Source: a virus (lineage: Duplodnaviria; Caudoviricetes). Taken from it: 52,465 nt of DNA. Below the pieces are notes generated by a model, which saw only the letters and a list, made by a program, of their open reading frames with translations, searched no databases and was not told the origin of the DNA. Location of the stretch: positions 1 to 52,465 of IMG/VR virus record IMGVR_UViG_3300045944_000450; one strand, given 5' to 3'. Made by a program: the position numbers and the translations under genes. Positions 19,401 through 27,237 of this stretch are shown here, in pieces; positions within the stretch are counted from its first letter, which is position 1; the number at the start of each line of letters is the position of its first letter.

Positions 19401-22400
19401 TGGATCGCAACATTGTCCAGGGCCATCCGGTGCCGAGTGTCTACGCCACGGGGCGGATTGCGCTGCTCGATGATCCGTATGTGAGTGCCGGGTATCAAGC
19501 GGTCCTGGATGCGGTCGAGGCGGTCCGAGGACGCACCGAAGAACAGGTGGCGGGGGTTCGCCATCGGCGGGCCGTGCATGCCGAAGCGGCGGCCCTGATC
19601 GAGGAAGGCGCCTTCTCGCATGACGATATCCGGGAGATCTTCCCCAATACCACGCTGAACGACACGATGGCCTCGGCGCTGGTGCAATCGCTGAACACGA
19701 TCGGCGAAGAGATGGCCGATGCGGCGCAGCGCTATCTCGATGCGGGCGCCCGGGTGGGCTCCCACGAGGAAGCGAGTCTGCAAGAGCTGATGGCGCTGCT
19801 GGCGGAACTGGACCCGATTCGCCTGGGCGTCAGTGCGGCACAGTCGCGGGGCCTGGGCATCCTGAATGACCCGCTCAGTGGGTATACGCAGTTTCTGAAT
19901 AACCTCCACAGAGCCCTGGAAACGGCGCCGGACAAGACCATGGCCCAGATTGCGAAGAACATTCTGGCGGCCAAACCTCAGCAAGCGCTGACGAAAGAAG
20001 AGTTAGCGAAGAATCCTGAACGCCTGGCCGAGATCTTTGCGGCCCAGCGGGAGATGATCGAACGCTTTCAGGCGAGTCCGTTGCCATTCCAGTTGGAACA
20101 GCAAGAACCGGGCAATCTGGCCCTGTTTGAACAGCGCACGCCCGAGCAACAAGCGCTGGTCGAGGCGGCGTATACCCCGGAAGGGGACGCCCGGACCCCG
20201 CAGGAATGGGATCAGGTCTTTCGCGCGCAGGCGCAAGCCCGACTGCTGGAAGCCTGGCAAGCCGGGGAGTTTGAACGGCAACGGGCGCGGGACGCGATCT
20301 ATGAGGACATGGTCAACCTCAATCAGCAACGGGAGGCCGCGCGTCAGCGAGCCATGGAGGATTGGAGTGCCGAGGATCGGGCGCGCGATGAGGCGTATCA
20401 GCAGGCACGCGAAGTCTGGGCACGGCAGGCCGTCGAGCGGGCCGATGCACGCTGGCGAGAAGGGATGCGGGACTATCGGCAATTCCAGGAAGACCTCCGC
20501 CAGGGCTACCAGGGCCGGCAGCTCGATCTGCCCCCACGCGAAGGCGAGCCACGCCGCGAGCCGACACAGTTGCTGTTGCTCGATGAATACCGGGAAGTCC
20601 AGCAGGCGCTGACGGACTACCGCGAAGGACGGGCCACAGAGGCACAACAGGACTTGCTCGATGCCGTGTTGCGGCCCTGGACGGCGACGCAAGAGCAACT
20701 GAAGCTGCCACGCATGAAGAATTTGATCGCGTCCATGTGGCCCGGCTTGCGGCCCTGGGACGTGACGGAGGAGCGGTTGCAGGCACAGTTGCAGGAGCTC
20801 GCGCGGGCACAGGCGCAGGCACCGGCGCAGTTGCCGGTGATGAAAGCTCTGATGGAGTCCACGCGGCCCGGTTTTGAGGCGTACTTTCGGGAACTGATGT
20901 ATAACGCCTGGCTCTCGAATCCTTCAACGCATATTACCAACTTTGTCAGCAATCTGGGGGTGACGGCCTGGGCGCTGCCGGAGCGCTATTTGGCGCAGTG
21001 GTATCAAGATGATGCGTCCGGTGTGCCGCGGGGGGAGGCTAGCGCCATGCTCTACGGGCTGGTGCATGGGATTCAGGATGCGTGGACGCTGGCCTATCGG
21101 TCGTTCAAAGCCGGGCAGCCGCTCTCGGGCCTGGGCCGGGAATATACCCGGGAGCCGGTGGCGACAGCGCAAAACATGGGACTGAATCCGGAGAGCGCCT
21201 TTGGCAAGTTTGTCAACTTCTTCTTTGAGTATATTGGTCTGGGCAGTGGGGGGCGGTTGCCCTCGCGAGCCCTGATGGCCTCCGATGAGTTCTTCAAGAT
21301 GCTCAACTACCGGGCCGAGCTGAACGCCCTGGCCTACCGCGATGCCGTGCGGCATGGCTACGAAGGCACGGCGTTTGCCGAGCATGTGACGAAGGTGATT
21401 AGTAGCCCGCAGCTCAGTCAGATCCAGGAAGCCTCGAAAACGTTTAGTATCATCCAAACGTTTCAGAATGCACTCACGCCGGGCGGGGTCGGGGAATTCA
21501 TGCAGGGTATCTCAAACTATAGTCCCCGGATGTTCGGGACGGAGCAGCGGTTTCCCGTTGGGACGACGATTCTTCCGTTTGTCCAGACCCCGAGCAACAT
21601 TGCCCGGTACGCCTTTGAACGCACACCGCTGGGGGTCTTTCTCGGTACCTATCACGACGACCTCCGGGCCGGAGGTGAACGGGCGGATCTGGCGCAAGCG
21701 AAGATCGACCTGGGCACGTTCGCCATGGTGGGCCTGGCGGGGCTCGCGCTGTCTGGCAGACTGACCGGGCGCGGGCCGGAGGATCGGGATTTACGAGAAA
21801 TCTGGCTCCAAACCTATCGGCCGTACAGTGTGAAGCTCCCCACGGGCCAATGGGTCAGCCTGGATCGCTTTGAACCGGCGGGCACGCTGGTCAAGATGAT
21901 CGGCGATCTCGTGCAGGTGGCGGGAGAAGCCAACGTCGAAACCTGGACGAAGGCCACGCTGGCGCCCATCGTCATCTTTCTCAAGGGCGTCACCAATGCG
22001 ACGTATTTTCAGTCCCTGAGTGAATTCTTCGATATTATGGCGCCCGACTTTGCGAGCAAAGATCAGGAGTGGGGGGCCAAGCTCCAGCGCTTTGGCCGAC
22101 AGAAAGGCGCCGGGATGCTGATTCCCTCCTCGCTGATGGCGGCAACGGCACGGTTTCTCGATCCGGTTGAGCGGGATGCACAATCGCTCGTGGATGCCCT
22201 GTATACCCGTATTCCGGGGTGGAAGGATGATATTCCGGCCCGGCGCACGCTCGGTGGCGAGAAAGTGTTGTTTGGGTCTGGGATTCAGCCAGACATCTTC
22301 GCAAACTTCGTGGGGGCGTACTCGCCCGTAAAACTGGGCAGTGGCAAGATGCTCCTGGCCGATCAAGAAATGCTTAAAAACAAGATGTCGATTGACAAAC

Positions 22401-22957
22401 CCTCGCGGAGTCTGGCGCATAAAGCCGTGCCGCTCGGTAAGCTGGCTGAGAATGTCCCTACGGACCCGGGCCAACTGGAACCGTTACGTCTCACGCCGGA
22501 ACAGTATGAACGCCGTATTGTGCTGTCAGCGGGCAATGAAGTACAGGCACAGAAGCTGGGCCTGGAGCTTCCGGCTCATCTGATTGACAAGTTAGTGAGT
22601 GATCTCAGCCGCGAATATAACGCCGTGCCTCCGAAGGAGGTCCGCAGCCTGACCAATTTTCTGAACTGGGCCGCCGAGCAGGACCACTATAAGGCACAAA
22701 CGTCCGGGCCGGGTGAGGGGAAAGAACAGCTCTTCCAACGGGCGATTTTCTTCTATCGGCAGTTGGGGGAACAGCTCTTACTCCAGCAAGACAAGAGCCT
22801 GCTGACTCAGGCCGGGGAAAGTCAGATTATGGCCACGATACGCCAATTACCGCTGGCGCAACGGCCAGGGACAGCCCAGAGCATGCGGACAGGGTTAAGC
22901 GAGGCAGCCACGCGGACGCAGAAGCAACTAGGCTTACACGTCGGAGCACCGAAGTAA
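16490..22957 (+). CDS. 2155-aa internal virion protein: SLT lytic transglycosylase, ART-PolyVal-like domain, helical C-terminal region
   Basis: LES, GAQGVMQLMPGTA, NIEGGVRYL, AGYHAG at ~16620-17000; VYHGT, GPGIYFT, AYLNITNPF, GYDGI, YIAFSPEQV at ~18190-18900. Confidence 0.88.
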   Translation: MAETAYTDDFSPLFRSTRDAMDGARWDQTLAVGRRPTQVQTRQDVSTLVREIAPKYGVDPRLVEAVIGLESGGQADVISRKGAQGVMQLMPGTAKRFGVTDPLDPAQNIEGGVRYLAWLRDQFPGRTDLQLAGYHAGEGAVRNAGYTIPQTHDGNMSTGQYVATVLRRYTPTLPGEEGRPVLDVRDALARQSVREGTPGPTLHVTTDPSQLSMQARGGKPAQGLPGEGGIPPLDLSRETQQHVMDLPGTRLTVETDMGNLMARTAGQPTALQPGQRPFDAAHPALEPGLVEDRAGRIVGGIATGAVGMVENLLQSVVAGENLVGLTRPAVPGMTDPMGVELLLPPIKGLEKSIAPRLGGEAPDLVDKLANGLGTSLASLLPGAAAQRFLRGVSTVAPRLARLGGAVTSGLIEAAGEAGGVYEQMAPIVGEGEASKRALTSFAANAVLVTATDKLGIFGEEGRLLRRALAGAISNGAQEAMQYDIERRQLWVPANHQAADGLKAAGWIQEGARLVKPFAAKDMGEAALIGMLIGGPAAAAVGAVAERELPQIRQVVEQEQRAVATQIPDTLVKDPEGQPLRVYHGTPAPFDQFRIDTAVENSLYGPGIYFTDNPQVAEGYSKGQARGPTAPDLLVSPEAAREAIANVPDLLNSERRAMAELGDNELAETIANMAERGYAIDAPNLISTFAGQPNIRPAYLNITNPFDINADLSAAQVRALLGQMPETTRPVLEGLTQEWEARGWQGVNADDVYDLLTRAFGGDKAAANRFLQQQGYDGIAHTGGQVSGGESHQVYIAFSPEQVIPAFSIDAALQAVQQPDTPPPGVEPSTWQRWGAYLTNLLPDIQPGPGGRGGFLGGERGSLGTGAPTLRMGAEGLTPERYRTPSGGWRIPLRDMPSQELDLKDFIVQQGGIKLAGEELRGELEAVISRKETGLVGLQNNASGMSLQAMAETAAEQGFIPSADKEALLQALDRNIVQGHPVPSVYATGRIALLDDPYVSAGYQAVLDAVEAVRGRTEEQVAGVRHRRAVHAEAAALIEEGAFSHDDIREIFPNTTLNDTMASALVQSLNTIGEEMADAAQRYLDAGARVGSHEEASLQELMALLAELDPIRLGVSAAQSRGLGILNDPLSGYTQFLNNLHRALETAPDKTMAQIAKNILAAKPQQALTKEELAKNPERLAEIFAAQREMIERFQASPLPFQLEQQEPGNLALFEQRTPEQQALVEAAYTPEGDARTPQEWDQVFRAQAQARLLEAWQAGEFERQRARDAIYEDMVNLNQQREAARQRAMEDWSAEDRARDEAYQQAREVWARQAVERADARWREGMRDYRQFQEDLRQGYQGRQLDLPPREGEPRREPTQLLLLDEYREVQQALTDYREGRATEAQQDLLDAVLRPWTATQEQLKLPRMKNLIASMWPGLRPWDVTEERLQAQLQELARAQAQAPAQLPVMKALMESTRPGFEAYFRELMYNAWLSNPSTHITNFVSNLGVTAWALPERYLAQWYQDDASGVPRGEASAMLYGLVHGIQDAWTLAYRSFKAGQPLSGLGREYTREPVATAQNMGLNPESAFGKFVNFFFEYIGLGSGGRLPSRALMASDEFFKMLNYRAELNALAYRDAVRHGYEGTAFAEHVTKVISSPQLSQIQEASKTFSIIQTFQNALTPGGVGEFMQGISNYSPRMFGTEQRFPVGTTILPFVQTPSNIARYAFERTPLGVFLGTYHDDLRAGGERADLAQAKIDLGTFAMVGLAGLALSGRLTGRGPEDRDLREIWLQTYRPYSVKLPTGQWVSLDRFEPAGTLVKMIGDLVQVAGEANVETWTKATLAPIVIFLKGVTNATYFQSLSEFFDIMAPDFASKDQEWGAKLQRFGRQKGAGMLIPSSLMAATARFLDPVERDAQSLVDALYTRIPGWKDDIPARRTLGGEKVLFGSGIQPDIFANFVGAYSPVKLGSGKMLLADQEMLKNKMSIDKPSRSLAHKAVPLGKLAENVPTDPGQLEPLRLTPEQYERRIVLSAGNEVQAQKLGLELPAHLIDKLVSDLSREYNAVPPKEVRSLTNFLNWAAEQDHYKAQTSGPGEGKEQLFQRAIFFYRQLGEQLLLQQDKSLLTQAGESQIMATIRQLPLAQRPGTAQSMRTGLSEAATRTQKQLGLHVGAPK

Positions 22958-23823
22958 TGACGCAAGCGGCAATTATCCCTTGGACCTTCTATATTGCTGA
23001 CAGTTTCCAGACTGTTTTCCCCTACCCCTGGCGCATTGGCGCCGCCAGTGACCTCGAGGTGTACCTGGCGGATATTCTCACGACGGCGTACACCGTGACC
23101 AACGTCGGTAATGCCACGGGCGGTACGGTCGTGTTCTTCACACCGCCACCAGCGGGGCAGATCGTCTTCATCCGGCGGCATACCCCGCAGACGCAAGAGA
23201 CGGATTACCTCAACCATGACCCGTTTGCCGCTGAGACGCACGAGGCCGCCCTCGATAAGTTGACGCGCCTGGTGCAAGACCTCTACGAGCGCATCGCCCG
23301 GAGCCCGGCGTTTGGCGTCTCCGCGCCCAATGTCCTGCGCAATCTGGTCTTTCCGGGGCCGGAGCCGCTCAAGCTGATCGGGTGGAGTGGCAGCGGGACC
23401 GAACTCACGTTGTTTGATCGGGCACTCACCTCGGTTACGGTCCCGCCGAGCACTGGCGAGGTGCATGGTGTGAGTACAGTGACGGTGCCGAGCGTTGGGG
23501 GCGCAGCGTTTCTGACCGCAGTGGCAGCGATTCCGGCTGGCGTGCAGGTAAAGGGGGTTGGATACAGGTGTGTCACGGCTTTTAGTACCGAAAACAGTTT
23601 AGCATCGCTGGATCTGGGGGGTATGGGGCTCGAAGCGGGCTGGGGACGTGGCCTGGGTATCGTGGCGAATGCGGTGAACAACATCGGGCAGATGCGGGCG
23701 GATATGCCCCATACGTCCACGGCCCATGACATTCTCATGGTAGCGAATCCTCCAGGTGCCCGTTTTGGGAGCAGCGGGCTAGCGCGGCTTTCTATTTTCT
23801 GGATGACGCTGACGCCGTTATAG
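22957..23823 (+). CDS. Tail fibre anchor (T7 gp17 N-terminal-like adaptor)
   Basis: TVFPYPW, DLEVY, YTV...GGTVVF, IRRHTP.TQ..DY, HEAALDKLT; no signal peptide. Confidence 0.85.
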   Translation: MTQAAIIPWTFYIADSFQTVFPYPWRIGAASDLEVYLADILTTAYTVTNVGNATGGTVVFFTPPPAGQIVFIRRHTPQTQETDYLNHDPFAAETHEAALDKLTRLVQDLYERIARSPAFGVSAPNVLRNLVFPGPEPLKLIGWSGSGTELTLFDRALTSVTVPPSTGEVHGVSTVTVPSVGGAAFLTAVAAIPAGVQVKGVGYRCVTAFSTENSLASLDLGGMGLEAGWGRGLGIVANAVNNIGQMRADMPHTSTAHDILMVANPPGARFGSSGLARLSIFWMTLTPL

Positions 23824-23826
23824 GGA

Positions 23827-24480
23827 TCAAAGCAGATGCCTCCATGTTTTGCCTCGGACAATAACCGAGATATTACTTTTTGTGCAGGCATAGTCGCGCG
23901 CAAGTGTCTGCAAAGAATCGCCTTGTTGATGACGTGCACGTATTGTACGCACATCGTCATTCGTTAAGTGAGCCGCATGATGCTTTTCGCCTCGTCGGAT
24001 CAAATGAGGAAATTTCTTCATTGCGTTGTTTGCGGCGCGCGCAGTTCTGTTGTCACGCATAGCATCAGCCATATTGTCTTTTTGGGTGCCTGGATGCAGA
24101 TGGTCAAAGTTGACGCACGAACGATTGTGGCAGTAATGACAAGACTGCAATGGTTTCAGAAGGCGCTTGTTATGATGCAGTTCCCAGGCAGCACGATGGG
24201 CGCCAATCTTTTTCCCCTCAGAATATGCTGTGAACTCGCCATACCCATTAGGGCTGCAATACCCTTGCCATGGCCAACAGCAATACGGACAGTCTTTCCC
24301 ATGGCTACAAACCTGGACAAATCGTGTAAAGCGTATGGCTACGGGCGTGGTTCGATATTTACTCGAACAGGACGGCGAGCAAAACTTGTTTTTGCCACAG
24401 CTATCACGAACCGGCGTCACACGAAACGACTTCCCGCATTCCTGGCAGACACATGGAACGTATTGTGCGGCTTTCGGCAT
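23827..24480 (-). CDS. Free-standing HNH homing endonuclease
   Basis: N-terminal CxxC/CxxxC zinc motifs, CWPWQG, GYG, AHRAAW, CHxCHNRSCVNxDHL..GT..DN, C-terminal HTH; GAGGGAG RBS. Confidence 0.9.
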   Translation of the reverse strand: MPKAAQYVPCVCQECGKSFRVTPVRDSCGKNKFCSPSCSSKYRTTPVAIRFTRFVQVCSHGKDCPYCCWPWQGYCSPNGYGEFTAYSEGKKIGAHRAAWELHHNKRLLKPLQSCHYCHNRSCVNFDHLHPGTQKDNMADAMRDNRTARAANNAMKKFPHLIRRGEKHHAAHLTNDDVRTIRARHQQGDSLQTLARDYACTKSNISVIVRGKTWRHLL

Positions 24481-24601
24481 GCTTCCACTCCCTCTGTGGT
24501 CCCTACAAGGTGTGCTACGGCAACAGGTAGGGTTGCCTGGTTTCGCGTCGCGAACGCTAGCCGTAACACGTTGAAGTATAACATGGAAGGAGCTTCCCTG
24601 C

Positions 24602-26734
24602 ATGCGTAGAGTGCCCTGGGTAGTTACGTTCCTCTGTGTCCTGGTGTGGCTGCTGCCTTCTTGGGCCTACGCCGCCAATGAGACGGCGACAGACCCGGTG
24701 GCGATGGTGCGGCAGCGGATCGGGGATCTCGTGGGCTCGTACATCACGAGCGGCTGTCTGCCGACGGTGCCTGCGTCGTCGCTGACCCTGGCGGCGTTTG
24801 CCTGTGAAGGGGCGGTGGCCGAGGGACGCAGTTCGATTCCGGTGAGTCAACCTGCGGCAACGGTCGGGCCGCTCAGTGCCACGGCGGGCAGCTACTGGAT
24901 TGCTCTCTACAAAGACCGCACCACGACGGTGGGCGGGTGGACGCACCAGTTGGGGACACACTATCTCTGGCAGGCCAGCGCGACGCAACCCGCCGATCCG
25001 GCAGGCGGGACGGTCATTGCCCAGGTGACGGTGGCAGGCTCGGTCATTACGGGGGTGGCCGATTACCGGCAGCCGGTGAGCTATGTCCAATCGGGCGTCT
25101 ACGATGTCACCGATCCCCTCTATGGGGCCCGGTGTGATGGCACCACGCATGATACGACGGCGATCCAGCAGGCCCTTGCTGGCGCCCGCACCGGCGCTGT
25201 GGTGGCCCTGCCGCAAGGCACCTGCCTGGTCAACGCACCGCTGGCGATCACCAAAGCCCTGGCCCTCCATGGCGCTGGCATCGGGCAAAGCATTCTGAGT
25301 CAGGCCACAGCGGCACAAGCGGTGCTCACGAACAGTGCTAGCAACGTTCGCCTCCAGGGCTTCACGGTGCGTCATCAGGGAACCCCGGTGGCCGGGGGCG
25401 ATGGCATTGTCATGACCTCCGCCAGTGGGGTCGATGCCGTCTACCTCGAACACGTTGAAGCGCTGCACAACTGGCGGGGCTTTGTCCTGGGCTGTGCCTC
25501 CTACGGCTGGGGCAGTCATCTGCGGGCGCAGCAGAATGACTCGCACGGCTTCGAGTTTACCTACGGGGCGGCCTGCGGGACGGCGCAATGGGACATCGGC
25601 CATAGTCTGTCGCAACTCAATAAAGGCACGGGCTTTGCGGGCGTCAACACGGCCTCGCCGAATGGCATTGGCCCGTGGCTGACCCAGACAGTCAGCTTTG
25701 GCAATGAGTTTGGCGGGTATTCGTTTGATGGCAGCGCGGGCCATCCGATTAACGATCTCCGGCTGAGTGGGGTCATTAGTAGTGGCGATAACCGGGGCGG
25801 GATTTTTCTGGATACCTACGGGACCGGACATCTCCTGACGGATCCCTGGGTCGAACTGGCGGGGCAACTCGCGGGGCTCCCGCAGGGCTCGGCAGGGACC
25901 GCCTCAGTGGCGAGTGGCACGGGGCATGGGCTGCGCGTCACGAGTAACACCCTGACAAGCGGCGTCACGATTACGGGCGGGCGCTACTGGAATAACTCCT
26001 GGAGCGGCGTCTCGATTGATGCGGCCTATGTGACGCTGACGGGCGGAACCAGTCTCGGCAATGGGTTAGCGCATGATGCCGACCTCTCACGCCGGGCCGG
26101 GGTCCACATTGGCAATTCCGGGGTCAGTGTGAGTGGGCATACGTTTGGGTATCTCAATGCGCCGGCGACGCTGCATCATATCCACCTGGGCGGCACGCTG
26201 CTGGATCTGGCCATTGGACAGAACGCCTATCAGCCTGGGCTCAGTAACGCGGATTTTATCCATGGGGCCGATGCGGTCCTGGCAACGACGGTGCAACCGA
26301 TCATGGCGGCGGGCCTCATGGTGCATACCGGTACGCCTGAGGCGTTTGCTCTGGGTCTGGTCGATGCGAATGTCGGGGCGCCCAATGGCCTCAAGTTTCT
26401 CCGGGCGGCCGCGGGCAATCTGGAAATCCTCGGGGCCGATGCCACCACGGTCTTGTCCCGGCTCTCCAATACCGGCACGCCGAGCTGGCCGGCGCGGCGG
26501 GGGCAGCTCACCATTGCCGATGCCAATACGACGGGCGTGGTCACGCTCAGTCCGAGCGAGCCCGATGCGAGTTACTTTGTGCAACTGACCGCCAGCGCCG
26601 CGGCTGGTGGACCTGCATCAGGGGCCTATACCGTGGGGGGCGTGGTGAAAACGTCATCAACATTTACTGTAACCGTGACAGCCGCCCCGGGGGCTGGCAA
26701 AAGCGTCACGTATGATTGGTTTGTGCATCGCTGA
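24602..26734 (+). CDS. Tailspike-like parallel beta-helix protein (pectate lyase 3-type) with signal peptide
   Basis: MRRVPWVVTFLCVLVWLLPSWAYA leader; VTDPLYGARCDGTTHDTTAIQQAL...LPQG motif; C-terminal FTVT...VTYDW domain. Confidence 0.8.
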   Translation: MRRVPWVVTFLCVLVWLLPSWAYAANETATDPVAMVRQRIGDLVGSYITSGCLPTVPASSLTLAAFACEGAVAEGRSSIPVSQPAATVGPLSATAGSYWIALYKDRTTTVGGWTHQLGTHYLWQASATQPADPAGGTVIAQVTVAGSVITGVADYRQPVSYVQSGVYDVTDPLYGARCDGTTHDTTAIQQALAGARTGAVVALPQGTCLVNAPLAITKALALHGAGIGQSILSQATAAQAVLTNSASNVRLQGFTVRHQGTPVAGGDGIVMTSASGVDAVYLEHVEALHNWRGFVLGCASYGWGSHLRAQQNDSHGFEFTYGAACGTAQWDIGHSLSQLNKGTGFAGVNTASPNGIGPWLTQTVSFGNEFGGYSFDGSAGHPINDLRLSGVISSGDNRGGIFLDTYGTGHLLTDPWVELAGQLAGLPQGSAGTASVASGTGHGLRVTSNTLTSGVTITGGRYWNNSWSGVSIDAAYVTLTGGTSLGNGLAHDADLSRRAGVHIGNSGVSVSGHTFGYLNAPATLHHIHLGGTLLDLAIGQNAYQPGLSNADFIHGADAVLATTVQPIMAAGLMVHTGTPEAFALGLVDANVGAPNGLKFLRAAAGNLEILGADATTVLSRLSNTGTPSWPARRGQLTIADANTTGVVTLSPSEPDASYFVQLTASAAAGGPASGAYTVGGVVKTSSTFTVTVTAAPGAGKSVTYDWFVHR

Positions 26735-26745
26735 GGAGAGCCTGT

Positions 26746-27237
26746 ATGCGGGTGTCTGGTCGTGCCCTGGGAATAATGCTCCTAGTGGTGGTGCCTCTGG
26801 TCGCCATACTCGTATGGGCGCAGACCATCCACAAGGAGACCGTGGTCTGGGATTTTGTGAATGGGTTGAAAAGTCGCGGCGTGTGGGTCGCCACCGTCGA
26901 GGGCAGCCCTGGCGAGCCTGGTATGGGGGGCGAGGCGTGTCAGGCGCGGAATGTCTGGATCAACCTCGCCGGAGGAGGGGCTGATATTGTTGTGGGGGCA
27001 AGCCCGATTGCGATTCTCGGATCCAATGATACGCGCTGCCAGGCTATCATTCGCAACAAAGGGGGGGCGTCCATGCGCTGTCTGCCGACCAATCAGGGAA
27101 CGCCGAGCGCCAGTGTGGGCCAGGAATTTAGCGCTGGAGAGTTTCTCCTGATGGGCACATCGAGTCGTCCTGGCTGGCAGTGTATTCGCACGACAGGGGC
27201 CAATACTCTGGTCACGATTGTTGAGGAGACACCCTAA
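26746..27237 (+). CDS. Putative exported beta protein
   Basis: GAGGAG RBS; MRVSGRALGIMLLVVVPLVAILVWA leader; 4 Cys in the mature part. Confidence 0.75.
   Translation: MRVSGRALGIMLLVVVPLVAILVWAQTIHKETVVWDFVNGLKSRGVWVATVEGSPGEPGMGGEACQARNVWINLAGGGADIVVGASPIAILGSNDTRCQAIIRNKGGASMRCLPTNQGTPSASVGQEFSAGEFLLMGTSSRPGWQCIRTTGANTLVTIVEETP

Noticed and set aside
5093-26584. Long antisense ORFs such as 7403-8713, 11084-12490, 14883-16145 and 24557-25867
   Set aside because: Shadow ORFs opposite well-supported genes, expected in GC-rich DNA, with no motifs
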